A stretch of 64,000 bases of DNA from Acutalibacteraceae bacterium (GTDB lineage: Bacteria > Bacillota > Clostridia > Oscillospirales > Acutalibacteraceae): NCBI GenBank assembly GCA_045635905.1, contig JAZTWN010000055.1, positions 1,894 to 65,893 of the forward strand, written 5' to 3'. The translations under genes and the position numbers were made by a program. Of the stretch, positions 1 to 10,086 are shown one piece after another. Within the stretch, counting starts at the first letter, position 1; the number at the start of each line of letters is the position of its first letter. The notes beneath the pieces were generated by a model. The model worked only from the letters and a program-made list of their open reading frames with translations. It did no database searches and was not told the origin of the DNA.

Positions 1-105
1 TTTCTGATGAGTAAGCAACAGCGTAACATCGAAATTACGCTTTACTGCAGCCGATGAAAGCAAAGAAATAACCCTCTCTGCACCACCGCCGCTCATAAGT
101 TTCAT
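1..105 (-). CDS. Glycosyltransferase family 4, N-terminal fragment (gene continues past the window edge)
   Basis: The reverse complement of 1-105 reads MKLMSGGGAERVISLLSSAAVKRNFDVTLLLTHQK. The GGAERV glycine-rich N-terminus matches the GT4 gene at 2349-3566 (RGGGAERV). The frame is open to the window edge and is absent from the ORF track because it is truncated. Confidence 0.55.
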   Translation of the reverse strand, partial: MKLMSGGGAERVISLLSSAAVKRNFDVTLLLTHQK

Positions 106-113
106 TACAAATA

Positions 114-1175
114 TCAGCTCTTTTTTGTTTTCCATAATTTTTCTCGCAAGAACTTCTTGATTAGTTTGTGATAGTTATTTTTTAAGTATAACAAATATAA
201 AGCAACGTGTTTTTTCTCTTTAATAAGTCTGTATGTTTTCAGATTACTTGGAAAAATATATTTGTTACTAAATGAAATTTCAGGCAAAAAACTGTCCCAA
301 TCAAAATCAACAACAGATTTCCGCTGATTAATTTTTTTTGCTTCCTTATAATACTGATTGAAGATATATATTGCATACCCGAACCAGCTTGCCTGTAAAC
401 GTTCAATTGTTTCAGGAGTATTCATATCCCATTCAGGTAACATTTCCACAAAACGATTATATACATAAATAGTGTTCATTTTATTTAACCTTTCAATATC
501 AAACGTACGAGTGATACTGTTGTTATCAGTTCGATAATTATAAAGTTCATTATTTATATATTTAATCTTTTTCGCGGCGGTAAGCAGATAAATAGATTGA
601 TACTGGTCTTCAGCCAACATTTTACCGTAAATTTTTGAATAATCAGTAGGATCATTTTTTAAAATATATGTTCGTGTCGCCTTAACGCACAATGAATTTA
701 TAAAAGGCGTAAACATTAAAGTTTCATAAATCTCTTTTTTTGAATCTTCTTCAAAAACTTCGCAACCCTTAAATATACAATTTTTTCTATTTGATTTAAC
801 TCCATTATTGCTATAGCAAAACGAAAAAATTATCATATCCAACGAAGCATCTTCAGTAAACTCTTTATTTACTTTTTCAAGAATATTGGATTCAACATAA
901 TCATCTGAATCGACAAACAAGCAAACATCACTTTCTGCTTTCATTATCGCAACCTGACGAGTTGCAGTATGCCCCTCATTCTGCTTATGTATAACCTTTA
1001 TGCATTCAGGATACTTCTCTGCATAATCATCACAGATTTTTCCTGATGCATCAGTTGATCCGTCGTCAACGAGAATTATTTCAAAATTTTTATAGGTCTG
1101 TGAAAGCATGGATTCTAAGCATTGTCCGAGATATTTTTCAACATTGTACACAGGAACAAGAAAAGAATATTTCAT
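114..1175 (-). CDS. Glycosyltransferase family 2 (GT-A fold)
   Basis: The N-terminus FLVPVYNVEKYLGQCLESMLSQTYKNFEIILVDDGSTDASG and a downstream DSDD (DxD) are the classic GT2 signature. ATG start with RBS GGGGTG 5 nt upstream. Confidence 0.85.
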   Translation of the reverse strand: MKYSFLVPVYNVEKYLGQCLESMLSQTYKNFEIILVDDGSTDASGKICDDYAEKYPECIKVIHKQNEGHTATRQVAIMKAESDVCLFVDSDDYVESNILEKVNKEFTEDASLDMIIFSFCYSNNGVKSNRKNCIFKGCEVFEEDSKKEIYETLMFTPFINSLCVKATRTYILKNDPTDYSKIYGKMLAEDQYQSIYLLTAAKKIKYINNELYNYRTDNNSITRTFDIERLNKMNTIYVYNRFVEMLPEWDMNTPETIERLQASWFGYAIYIFNQYYKEAKKINQRKSVVDFDWDSFLPEISFSNKYIFPSNLKTYRLIKEKKHVALYLLYLKNNYHKLIKKFLREKLWKTKKS

Positions 1176-1179
1176 ACAT

Positions 1180-2349
1180 TCACCCCTCTAATAAATTCTG
1201 CCACTGCTTTCTGAATTTCTGCAATTCATCAGAATCATCAATACTGTTAAGATTACAGAGAATCAGATTATTTAAATTTTTATCACTTAAAAGTTTTTCA
1301 ATATTTTGTGCAAGAGACACAGCATCAATGTCTGCAATCAAGCCGGTCTTTCCGTCAGCAACAAGCTTTTTTCCGCCGACCGTAGAGGTTGTCACAACAG
1401 GCTTTTTCAATTTCAGTGACTCAATAATAGTAACAGGCATAGCTTCTTCGTAAGAAGGCTGTATATACACGTCACAAGCACTAATATAGGGATATGGATT
1501 TTCTTTCATCCCCGTAATAACAATACAGTCAGATAAGTTATATGCCTTAATTTTTTTCTCAAGCATCTCACGTTCGGGACCGTCACCTACAAAATACCAT
1601 AAAAAGTCTATACCTCTGTCTTTAAGCATTTTTGCACTCTCGACAGCTATATCAAAGCCCTTTACGGGGGACAGTCGTCCACAAGAACAAAGAATCACCT
1701 TATTATCAGGCGTTGATACGGCATATTCCTTACTCTGATGTTCAATAGCCTGACGGCTTACAAAATTTTCTACTATAGCTACTTTGTCTGCAACATCAGG
1801 ATACCATTCCTTTATAAGATCTGCCTGACTTTCGTGCAATGCGGCGATTCGTCTGAATTTTGGCAATGCTTTTTCGTGCACTGAATGTATTTCGTCTGTG
1901 CTCGTATGGTAAAACATATATTTTTCCATTGCATTGACATATTCATCAACAAACTGCACCTCATATCCCTGCACATAGGCAATCGCCTTATCAAAAACAA
2001 CATCCTTGAAATATTTTTTATGTTCATATTCCATTGACTTGATTCGGATATAATCTGCAAGCTTTCTATCTGCACCTACGGACTTTTTCTTGCAACAAAA
2101 TACAGAGAAAAACCACGAAACCATCTGCAAAAACACAGCATAAGGCTTTCTGTAATATTTGGTTTTATCATCATTTATTATGACGTTTACCCTTTTATCA
2201 ACATAGGGAAGTAAAGTAGTTCTGTTTTTTCTGAGATAAAGCGTAATATCATATTTATCATAATCAAGTGTCGGTAAAGCAGAAATCAAAGATTTCTGAA
2301 CACCACCAATTGTCAGATGATGTGCTACAATAAGAAGCTTTTTCTTCAT
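1180..2349 (-). CDS. Glycosyltransferase family 4
   Basis: N-terminus MKKKLLIVAHHLTIGGVQKS, and a C-terminal GT-B signature (PSYEEAMPVTIIESLKLKKPVVTT, EX7E-like). I chose the ATG at 2349 (GGAG 8 nt upstream, TAATG overlap with the upstream stop) over the track start at 2367, which has no RBS. Confidence 0.85.
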   Translation of the reverse strand: MKKKLLIVAHHLTIGGVQKSLISALPTLDYDKYDITLYLRKNRTTLLPYVDKRVNVIINDDKTKYYRKPYAVFLQMVSWFFSVFCCKKKSVGADRKLADYIRIKSMEYEHKKYFKDVVFDKAIAYVQGYEVQFVDEYVNAMEKYMFYHTSTDEIHSVHEKALPKFRRIAALHESQADLIKEWYPDVADKVAIVENFVSRQAIEHQSKEYAVSTPDNKVILCSCGRLSPVKGFDIAVESAKMLKDRGIDFLWYFVGDGPEREMLEKKIKAYNLSDCIVITGMKENPYPYISACDVYIQPSYEEAMPVTIIESLKLKKPVVTTSTVGGKKLVADGKTGLIADIDAVSLAQNIEKLLSDKNLNNLILCNLNSIDDSDELQKFRKQWQNLLEG

Positions 2350-3566
2350 TAAAATAACTCCATCCATTTTTTTGATATATTTTCAAGAGAAAGATCTTCT
2401 CTGATTTTTGCAGCATTGCGGGACAGTTTTTCAGATAGTTCACCGTCGGACAGAACAGCAATAATCTTTTCTGCGAAATCCTCACAGTCACCAACAGTCG
2501 ATAGCATTCCGTTTTCACAGTGACTGATTACCGCTGATGCACCGCCGATGGGACAGTCAGTGCACACAACAGGCATACCGATAGCCATAGCCTCAAGCAT
2601 TGCATTTGACATACCCTCGTAATCCGAAGAATTAACGTACAATGCGTCAGCAATAATTTCCTTATGTACCTCTGTGCTGAAAGGCAGAAACTCAATAAAG
2701 TCAGAAAGACCGTATTCAAAAATCAATGCCTTTGTATCATCAAGAGCTTCTTCATCATCCCTGTTGCTCGTCTGCCCTATTATTCTGAGAACATTTTGCG
2801 GAAATTTTCTATGGACAATATTAAAGGCATCAATCAGCATCGGAAGATTTTTCTGCTTTGAAATACGGCAGAAGGTGGTAATGTTTTTATTTCTTTCACC
2901 CAAATAAGGCTCAGGCAATTTGCCGTTAATGGGATTAAATATTACAGTTCCCTTTTCTGCTATGCTTTGAGGATATGTGTTTTTAGCATCATCCGTCTGA
3001 AAAACTGCCACATCTGCACGGGTATAGTATTTTTCAATAAATTTATAGCCGTATCTGCTTTTTATAAGTCTTTTCGGATCTCCGCGCTCAGAGATAATTA
3101 TTCTGTTCGGCAGTCCCCTTGCAGCAAGAAGCACTATGGGGATACTTGGTTGTAAAAAAACAACAACGGTGGTATCGGGCTCTTTTTTCAGTTTTTCGCG
3201 CATAGCCTTTATTTCTCTTCTGTATTCTGAGATAAAGGACATGCATGCAAATATTGCAGGCACAGCTATATTTGCGGCTTCAAATAATTTGCAGAAAACA
3301 GAAGAAAGAATTCTCAAAAGCTTATAGAAATATCTTTTGATTATACTTTCTTTTACAAAGTGTTCACGAAGAACTGTAAGAGGAATGTTTTCATTAAGGT
3401 CACGGTTGGTTATACTTTCACGATCTGTTGAGGTTACGAGAAATTCTGCATCATGTCCGTTGTCATAAAACTCATTTTCAAGAAGCGATGCAACTCTTTC
3501 GGCTCCGCCTCCGCGAAGCACAGAAATAATCATCAGCACCTTCTTATTTTTTTCATCAAGCTTCAT
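2349..3566 (-). CDS. Glycosyltransferase family 4
   Basis: VLMIISVLRGGGAERVASLL N-terminus, and a C-terminal SSDYEGMSNAMLEAMAIGMPVVCTD (EX7E motif). ATGA overlap with the upstream gene at 3563-3566. Confidence 0.85.
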   Translation of the reverse strand: MKLDEKNKKVLMIISVLRGGGAERVASLLENEFYDNGHDAEFLVTSTDRESITNRDLNENIPLTVLREHFVKESIIKRYFYKLLRILSSVFCKLFEAANIAVPAIFACMSFISEYRREIKAMREKLKKEPDTTVVVFLQPSIPIVLLAARGLPNRIIISERGDPKRLIKSRYGYKFIEKYYTRADVAVFQTDDAKNTYPQSIAEKGTVIFNPINGKLPEPYLGERNKNITTFCRISKQKNLPMLIDAFNIVHRKFPQNVLRIIGQTSNRDDEEALDDTKALIFEYGLSDFIEFLPFSTEVHKEIIADALYVNSSDYEGMSNAMLEAMAIGMPVVCTDCPIGGASAVISHCENGMLSTVGDCEDFAEKIIAVLSDGELSEKLSRNAAKIREDLSLENISKKWMELF

Positions 3567-4549
3567 TTTAATTTTCCTATTGTTTTTTCAAAAACTTTAT
3601 AAATAAACCATAACAAATTACTGTAGCATTTCATTTTAAGTGCTGTGTCACCATAAGCATTATCGTGAAGAATTTCTTTCTTCACCTTTAAAAGCTTATC
3701 CTTACAGAGCTTTTTATCCTGCCGATTCAGCTTATAGAAATTATTAAATACATTTGATGCATTTCTTGCTATATACTTTTTAGCAAAATTATATTCTGCA
3801 AACTTATTTTCAACTGAAAAATCACGGATATATTCATAAACAGCAACACTACTGTCAAAATATTTCTTTGATTTCATTGATGTCATTGTTGAATTCTCTC
3901 TGTATCTTCTTCTGTAAAGAACTTCATGACACTGAGAGACTGTCTGCGCACGGCATAAAACCTCATATGTGTATGCCATATCCTCATAATAAACTCCGGA
4001 AATAAATTTGATAGCATTATCAACAAGCAGGCTTTTTCTGAGCAACATTCCCCAAACAACACAATGATATTCGTTAAAAGTCTGCATTTGCTCAAAAGCT
4101 TTTATTCCGCTCTGCACAGGATATTTATGTTTACGCATATAAGTCTGTTTCATTTGCAAATCCGGTTTTTCATCAATAAAAGATTCAGCATCAAAAAACA
4201 CCACATCAGATGAATCCGTCTCTGCGATAATACATAGCTGTTCTAAAGCCGTCGAAACAATTATGTCATCACTGTCAAGAAAATATATGTATTTTCCCCG
4301 TGCGACATCAAGCCCCATATTTCTGGCTGTTGACTGACCGCCATTCGATTTATGAAAAGACTTAATGTGGTTATGCTGTTCTGCAAAGCTATCACACATA
4401 GCACCTGAAGAATCAGTTGAGCCGTCATCAACAAGAATAATTTCGATATTCTTATATGTCTGCGCAAGAACGCTGTTCACGCATTCTTCAAGATACTTTT
4501 CAACGTTGTATACGGGGATTATTACACTAATGCGCGGTAAATTTTCCAT
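3563..4549 (-). CDS. Glycosyltransferase family 2
   Basis: ISVIIPVYNVEKYLEECVNSVLAQTYKNIEIILVDDGSTDSSG, followed by YFLDSDD (DxD). RBS AAGGA 7 nt before the ATG. Confidence 0.85.
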   Translation of the reverse strand: MENLPRISVIIPVYNVEKYLEECVNSVLAQTYKNIEIILVDDGSTDSSGAMCDSFAEQHNHIKSFHKSNGGQSTARNMGLDVARGKYIYFLDSDDIIVSTALEQLCIIAETDSSDVVFFDAESFIDEKPDLQMKQTYMRKHKYPVQSGIKAFEQMQTFNEYHCVVWGMLLRKSLLVDNAIKFISGVYYEDMAYTYEVLCRAQTVSQCHEVLYRRRYRENSTMTSMKSKKYFDSSVAVYEYIRDFSVENKFAEYNFAKKYIARNASNVFNNFYKLNRQDKKLCKDKLLKVKKEILHDNAYGDTALKMKCYSNLLWFIYKVFEKTIGKLK

Positions 4550-4552
4550 AAA

Positions 4553-5485
4553 TTAATCCTTTAATCTCTCTTTAACTACAATAAATATTGTAAACATAAG
4601 CTTTTTCATGTCAGATATAAAGCCGTATGAATAATGCTTTTTCATTATCTTCTGAATTCTCTTATCAGGCTTTTCGTCTTCAAAAACGGGATTTTCAATT
4701 GCCTTGCTGAGATCGACATACATTTTCTCGGCATCGTCATTTGTGCTGTGTACACCCGATTCATCGCAACCGATATTCTGAACGTAAGAATTCCGGGGAT
4801 AAACGGTAAGCCAATCATTTTTTACAAGATGTGCACCGAATCTTACTGACCAGGAAGAACCATTCCCCTTTGTCTGCCTGTAAAGACGGATAAAACGGTC
4901 ACTTCCGTTGGAATTAAGACGCTTTATAAGAGAGGGATTTTTATAGAAATCGGAAATATTTTTAAGCTCCCAGTCAACATTCTCCCATCTATCAACCCAA
5001 GTTGCCCAGGACCAACTACAGGAACGATATGCTGTAAAAACATCCTTTTTGTAGTCGGAAGGAAATTTAATCTGAGGTATATATCCTGCAATACTGCCAA
5101 CTATTTTATTATCACAATAAAAATCAAGAGCATTGTTCATATATTTAAGGAAATGAGGTGATGGCATACAATCATCTTCAACAACAATTACCTTGCCGTA
5201 TTTATTTATAATCTCTGTGACACCGGAAATAACAGATTTTGCAAGCCCCTTATTTACGGGACTTTCTGTTACGGTAACACTCTTAAAAAATCCGTCTGTC
5301 TGCACCTTTTTAAGTGATTCTCTTACTTCGATCACCCTTTGAGCGACTTCTTCATTTTTCGGTCCGTCCGAAAAAATGAAAAGCTCTGAGTACTTTGCTT
5401 CGGGACACTGAGAAAGGGCATTATACGTCTTATTAAAATGGTCTGCTCTGTTATAAACGAACATAACAATCGGTGCAAAGCTCAT
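4553..5485 (-). CDS. Putative GT-A-fold glycosyltransferase (GNT-I-like, EDD motif)
   Basis: IVMFVYNRADHFNKTYNAL ... IFSDGPKNEE ... VIVVEDDCMPSPHF resembles GNT-I/GT13-like bacterial sugar transferases. It sits inside the GT block, with a strong RBS (AAGGAG 7 nt upstream). The family assignment is tentative. Confidence 0.55.
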   Translation of the reverse strand: MSFAPIVMFVYNRADHFNKTYNALSQCPEAKYSELFIFSDGPKNEEVAQRVIEVRESLKKVQTDGFFKSVTVTESPVNKGLAKSVISGVTEIINKYGKVIVVEDDCMPSPHFLKYMNNALDFYCDNKIVGSIAGYIPQIKFPSDYKKDVFTAYRSCSWSWATWVDRWENVDWELKNISDFYKNPSLIKRLNSNGSDRFIRLYRQTKGNGSSWSVRFGAHLVKNDWLTVYPRNSYVQNIGCDESGVHSTNDDAEKMYVDLSKAIENPVFEDEKPDKRIQKIMKKHYSYGFISDMKKLMFTIFIVVKERLKD

Positions 5486-5486
5486 T

Positions 5487-6758
5487 TTATTTCTCCTTAA
5501 TATTTTTCAGAATATCACTGTAGGCAAAAAGCAGGTCTTCCGCATTATTCTTTGCATTATGTGTAACTCGAGCTCTTATTTTTGCTTTTTCAGAAAGACT
5601 GAGCGCCAGTTCATCATTATCAAAAATCTGTTTTATCCTCCATGCAAGCAGCTTCGGATCATCATTTCTGTAAAACAAAGCCTCTTTTCCGTCCTCTGCC
5701 ATATCCGAAGCACCACCCACATAAGCTGAAACACACGGGGTACCGACCATCATTGCTTCACCCAATGTATTGGGACTGTTTTCAATTGCTGAACACAAAA
5801 CATAAGCATTAACCGTCGAAAGTCTTTGAGCAACCTCTGTCGCTTTAAGAGGGCCGGTAAACACAACGTGCTCGCCCACGTCGAGCTCGGAAATCAACTT
5901 TTTAAGATACGCACCGTATCCTTTTTTTATAAAAGAACGCCTATCATTATCACTGAAAGGCTTATAACCTGCAATATAGAGCTTGATATCCGGATATTCT
6001 CTTACTAACTGCGGAAGAGCCATAATTACAAAATGAACTCCCTTAAGTGCATAGTATCCGTTACCGACATATATTGAATGCCTTTCAGCATTATCAATTT
6101 TCCATTCCGCATCATAGAAAGGCTGACGGAGCACACGGTTACACGAATAATATTTCGCATCGGGATTTAATGCATATGAATGAGCTCTGTCCCATGTGGT
6201 TCTTCCGAGAATAAAATCTGCTTTTTCTATTATTTCTCTTTCGGGCTTCATTCTTGGCTTATACCAAAACACCTTTCTCAGATGTAAAAGCCACGCAGCC
6301 ATAATATCTGTCAATGATTTTGAAAACATCATATCATCAATCTGCAGCTGACCGCACTGATAGCTGTACTGCCCATTCAAAATACCCTGCAGTGATACAA
6401 TAACGGGAACGGATATTTCCTTACAATAATCTATCATTGCCTTTGCGTGCAAAAACTCAGTTCCTTCTATCTGCACGATATCAGGTGTAAAATCAGAGAT
6501 TATATCTTTGCATCTTTCTTTAATGGCTTCTGTGGTCGATCCATCAGCATAGCCAAGACTGTAGTATGTTACACCTGCAATTGTTTCCTTGAAAAAAACA
6601 TCAGAAGAGCATTTACAGGCAATGGCAAGCTCGATACCTTCAACCATTCTCAGCTGCGCTGCCATTGCTTCAACCCAGCCACCGAGAACCTCAGACTTTA
6701 TTCCGAGCTTCACAGCCGGCTCCTCAGGTATTAAATTTACTGTCCAGAGAATTTTCAT
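5487..6758 (-). CDS. Glycosyltransferase family 4
   Basis: C-terminal CSAIENSPNTLGEAMMVGTPCVSAYVGG (EX7E-type GT-B motif). I chose the start at MKILWTVN (ATG 6758). The track start at 6791 has no RBS and overlaps wzy by 68 nt. Confidence 0.8.
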   Translation of the reverse strand: MKILWTVNLIPEEPAVKLGIKSEVLGGWVEAMAAQLRMVEGIELAIACKCSSDVFFKETIAGVTYYSLGYADGSTTEAIKERCKDIISDFTPDIVQIEGTEFLHAKAMIDYCKEISVPVIVSLQGILNGQYSYQCGQLQIDDMMFSKSLTDIMAAWLLHLRKVFWYKPRMKPEREIIEKADFILGRTTWDRAHSYALNPDAKYYSCNRVLRQPFYDAEWKIDNAERHSIYVGNGYYALKGVHFVIMALPQLVREYPDIKLYIAGYKPFSDNDRRSFIKKGYGAYLKKLISELDVGEHVVFTGPLKATEVAQRLSTVNAYVLCSAIENSPNTLGEAMMVGTPCVSAYVGGASDMAEDGKEALFYRNDDPKLLAWRIKQIFDNDELALSLSEKAKIRARVTHNAKNNAEDLLFAYSDILKNIKEK

Positions 6759-7968
6759 TTTTATTACCTGTCCATTCAATAATGTTCTCATAATATAACG
6801 GCAAAATCAGAAGAAGCATTCCTGTAAAAGCATACGAAAATGAATCAAGAATTGAAACTATCATGATTGATACAAGCGTAGCATTACAGGTACGCTGTAT
6901 GATTGTGCTGCTATATTTTCTCTTATACTGATTCGGAATAAAATATATCATAAAACAATATATTGCTCCGCCCCAGAGCCCGTATCTTGCAAAAGTATCA
7001 AGCACGGCAGAATGTCCACCGCCGGCATCTCGCCATAATGCACCGACAACGGGATAGATAAATATTTTTCTGATACTTGAGAGATATCTGGTCAGTCGTG
7101 CAGCAATTGAACCTGACGCATCACCGCTTTCGGCGCTGGCAATCAAGTCATTGATCTTCTTATGAATTGCATTACTGTTAAATGTATTGAGTATCCAATT
7201 ACGGAATTCTTCAACGTACAGAATAAGGTACATAATAGATACAAACAAAACAAATGCAACCAAAAATGCCTTGATACCACTTTTTCCTCTGTATAACAAT
7301 AAAAGAAAACTGCCGACACAAACTGTAAAAATTGCAATTGAATAACCTGCATTAAAGACAACCAACAAAAAGGAAACAATATTCACGGCACCAATTGCAA
7401 AGAAAATTTTATTATTTTTCAACGCGCATATAGTCCATTGAAGAAGAGCCGGGAAGACACATACCTGCGGATAAATAAGACTGTATCCGCCAATTCCCTG
7501 TCTGAGATAGACATACATATTTTCATCATCCCGAACCAACTGTCTGGCAAGAGCCGGATCCTCCATAAGGGCGTAGAACGTTCTGAAATTGAAGATAATC
7601 AGTAGCACAAGCACAATTGGAACAATTGCTTTTAGCTCGTGCCATTGGTTTCTGTAATACTGACATATAATAAAGCATATACACATCATAAAATAACTAA
7701 TCTGCTTTATTATTCCGCTTGCTTTTCCGGTTTCAATATAGGTAACGCCAACGACCGCAACAAGAAACACCAATGCGATTATAGTATTGGTTTCAATAAC
7801 AAGCGGCTTCTGTCTTAAAATAAGCATAAACGCCCACAGACCGGCAAAAGCAACACCCAAAAGGCGGTATATCATATCGATTTCCATAAAAGGAGAAATT
7901 GTCCAGACAACAATATATAACACCGAAAACATCTGAATAGTTCCGTAATTTATTCCTTTTTTCAGCAT
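6724..7968 (-). CDS. Oligosaccharide repeat-unit polymerase / O-antigen-ligase-like membrane protein (Wzy)
   Basis: A 414-aa polytopic hydrophobic protein with about 10-12 predicted helices. It has a loop RDAGGGHSAVLDTFARYGLWGG typical of the Wzy_C/O-antigen ligase family. It is embedded in the GT block, with RBS AAAGGAG 6 nt upstream. Confidence 0.7.
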   Translation of the reverse strand: MLKKGINYGTIQMFSVLYIVVWTISPFMEIDMIYRLLGVAFAGLWAFMLILRQKPLVIETNTIIALVFLVAVVGVTYIETGKASGIIKQISYFMMCICFIICQYYRNQWHELKAIVPIVLVLLIIFNFRTFYALMEDPALARQLVRDDENMYVYLRQGIGGYSLIYPQVCVFPALLQWTICALKNNKIFFAIGAVNIVSFLLVVFNAGYSIAIFTVCVGSFLLLLYRGKSGIKAFLVAFVLFVSIMYLILYVEEFRNWILNTFNSNAIHKKINDLIASAESGDASGSIAARLTRYLSSIRKIFIYPVVGALWRDAGGGHSAVLDTFARYGLWGGAIYCFMIYFIPNQYKRKYSSTIIQRTCNATLVSIMIVSILDSFSYAFTGMLLLILPLYYENIIEWTGNKNENSLDSKFNT

Positions 7969-7991
7969 ATTATTCTCCTTTCATAAAAGAT

Positions 7992-9110
7992 TTATTTCAG
8001 AAATTTTTTACACAACTCAACATAATTTCTGTAATCAAAGGTCGTTCTTATTTCAGAAGCATCAGAAGCATGACCCTTATTTAACTTTTCTTCCATTGCA
8101 TTTTTTACTGAAACTGCTGAACAATCTGAAAGTAAAATATCTCTTTCAGAATCAAGATATTTTGCAATATCACTTATATCAGTAGTTATAACCGGTACAT
8201 TCAGCGTATAGCCCTCTGCAAATTTTGTAGGAAATCCTGCATTATTACGTCTGTCAAAGGGTCTTATAAATATATAGCAGTCACAGCATGCAACATATTT
8301 CAGTGTATCCTTGTGGGAAAGCTTCCCCATAAATATAATCCGATTATCGCCCGCCGAAGCTTCAAGAGAAGGATACAGTGACACAAATTTTTCCATTGTA
8401 ACACCGATAATACGCAGACGTGCGTTCTGATCCGCAAGCTTACTGAAAGCCACAACAATCGAGTCCAGACTTTCCTTGTTTCCGTCGGGTACACCTGCAA
8501 AACAGAATTCAAAAGTACCATCGTTTCTTGCACTTTTCTGATGCCATATTTCATCCTTTACGTCAACAAGCGGCGGAAGAAGAATCATATTTTTGCAATT
8601 TCTGTATTTTTCCTGCATCATTGAGCTGATAACAATTATGTTATCGCAAAGCTTATGAAGAAAATTACGAACAAAAAATTCATCAAGCCACTTAAAAATA
8701 CGCTTCGGTAATCCACCGTCTGTGAACGCCGTCCATTCCGTACAATCATAAATAATTCTTACATTAGTATTTCTGAGGGCAAATTTTACCGACAATAAAG
8801 TTACAACCGGAAGATTATAAAGAATCACCGCGTCAGCATTATATTTTTTTACCAGCTCAAGAATACTTTCAGCACTGAATATATGCCGTGCCCACTGCAA
8901 CGTAGTAGCAGGATGAGCTTCCTCATACATATTTTCCATTCCCGGAATTTTTCTTATTCCGTCAAAATGCTCTTCTGAAGCAGATGCTCCGAGAAACACG
9001 GTACAAAATCCTGCTTCACTGAAAGCTTTAGCATTTGAAACGACTCGGTTGGCGGAAGCCCCATTATCGGGGAGAATAAACTCACCTACGTAAATGACAG
9101 TACGATTCAT
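7992..9110 (-). CDS. Glycosyltransferase family 4
   Basis: A GT-B-like 370-aa protein (VIYVGEFILPDNGASANRV N-terminus; C-terminal FIRPFDRRNNAGFPTKFAEGYTLNVPVITTD). The track start is TTG. I chose the ATG at 9110 (AAGGTGA 7 nt upstream), which overlaps the upstream TGA by 1 nt. Confidence 0.75.
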   Translation of the reverse strand: MNRTVIYVGEFILPDNGASANRVVSNAKAFSEAGFCTVFLGASASEEHFDGIRKIPGMENMYEEAHPATTLQWARHIFSAESILELVKKYNADAVILYNLPVVTLLSVKFALRNTNVRIIYDCTEWTAFTDGGLPKRIFKWLDEFFVRNFLHKLCDNIIVISSMMQEKYRNCKNMILLPPLVDVKDEIWHQKSARNDGTFEFCFAGVPDGNKESLDSIVVAFSKLADQNARLRIIGVTMEKFVSLYPSLEASAGDNRIIFMGKLSHKDTLKYVACCDCYIFIRPFDRRNNAGFPTKFAEGYTLNVPVITTDISDIAKYLDSERDILLSDCSAVSVKNAMEEKLNKGHASDASEIRTTFDYRNYVELCKKFLK

Positions 9111-10084
9111 CAAAGATTCACCTTATACCATTCTATAGCAGCAGCAATTCCCTTTTCAAAGCTCCAATCGGGCGAATAACCCAGCATTTCCTTTGCCTTT
9201 GAAATATCGGCATTACTGTGCTTTATATCGCCTGCTCTGTCGGGTCCGAAATTGGGTTCAACGTCAAGCTCAAGAGCTTTTGTAAGTCCGTAGTAAATAT
9301 CAATCAGATATTCTCTGCCGCCGTAAGCTATATTGTAGGCTTCGCCTGCCGCATCGGAGGATGCAAGACAAGCCTTGAGATTAGCTTCAATTACATTTTC
9401 AATATAAGTGAAATCACGACTCTGCTTGCCGTCACCGTTAATAGTGGGAATCTCACCGTTCAGAAGCTGCTTGAGGAATTTCGGAATAACTGCAGCATAT
9501 GCCCCGTCGGGATCCTGACGCCTTCCGAAAACATTGAAATATCTCAGTCCGTATGTATCCAGACCGTAATGTCTTGTATACTGCTTCGCCCATTCCTCAT
9601 CGCACATTTTTGTAAGTGCATAAGGGGAAAGCAGATTACCCTCTCTTCCCTCTTTTTTTGGAAGATTAGGCTCGTCACCGTAAACAGAGGAGCTTGAGGC
9701 GTATACGAATTTTTTAACCTTATTCTGCCTTGCTGCTTCAAGCATATTAAGAGTTCCCTGAATATTATTTGCACAGTAGAAAAGAGGCATTTCTATGCTT
9801 CTGGGAACGCTGCCCCAGGCAGCCTGATTAAGCACGTAATCAACACCCTCACATGCCTTCATACACGTTTCGAAATCCTTAATGTCACCTTTTATAAATT
9901 CGTAACGGTCATTACCCTTAAACATTTCAACGTTTTTCATTTTACCAGTCGAAAGGTCATCAAGACAACGGACTCTGTAACCGAGCTTGAGAATGGCTTC
10001 ACAGAGATTCGAACCTATAAAGCCTGCGCCGCCAGTTACAAGAAACAATGAATTTTCAGGGAATTTAATATCACAATAACCCAT
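9110..10084 (-). CDS. NAD-dependent nucleotide-sugar 4-epimerase, TviC/WbpP-like (UDP-GlcNAc(A) C4-epimerase)
   Basis: Rossmann motif VTGGAGFIGSNL, catalytic YALTK (YxxxK), and a long SDR epimerase fold. It is paired with a TviB-like dehydrogenase immediately upstream. The track start is TTG. I chose the ATG at 10084 (GGAG 9 nt upstream). Confidence 0.8.
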   Translation of the reverse strand: MGYCDIKFPENSLFLVTGGAGFIGSNLCEAILKLGYRVRCLDDLSTGKMKNVEMFKGNDRYEFIKGDIKDFETCMKACEGVDYVLNQAAWGSVPRSIEMPLFYCANNIQGTLNMLEAARQNKVKKFVYASSSSVYGDEPNLPKKEGREGNLLSPYALTKMCDEEWAKQYTRHYGLDTYGLRYFNVFGRRQDPDGAYAAVIPKFLKQLLNGEIPTINGDGKQSRDFTYIENVIEANLKACLASSDAAGEAYNIAYGGREYLIDIYYGLTKALELDVEPNFGPDRAGDIKHSNADISKAKEMLGYSPDWSFEKGIAAAIEWYKVNL

Positions 10085-10086
10085 AA

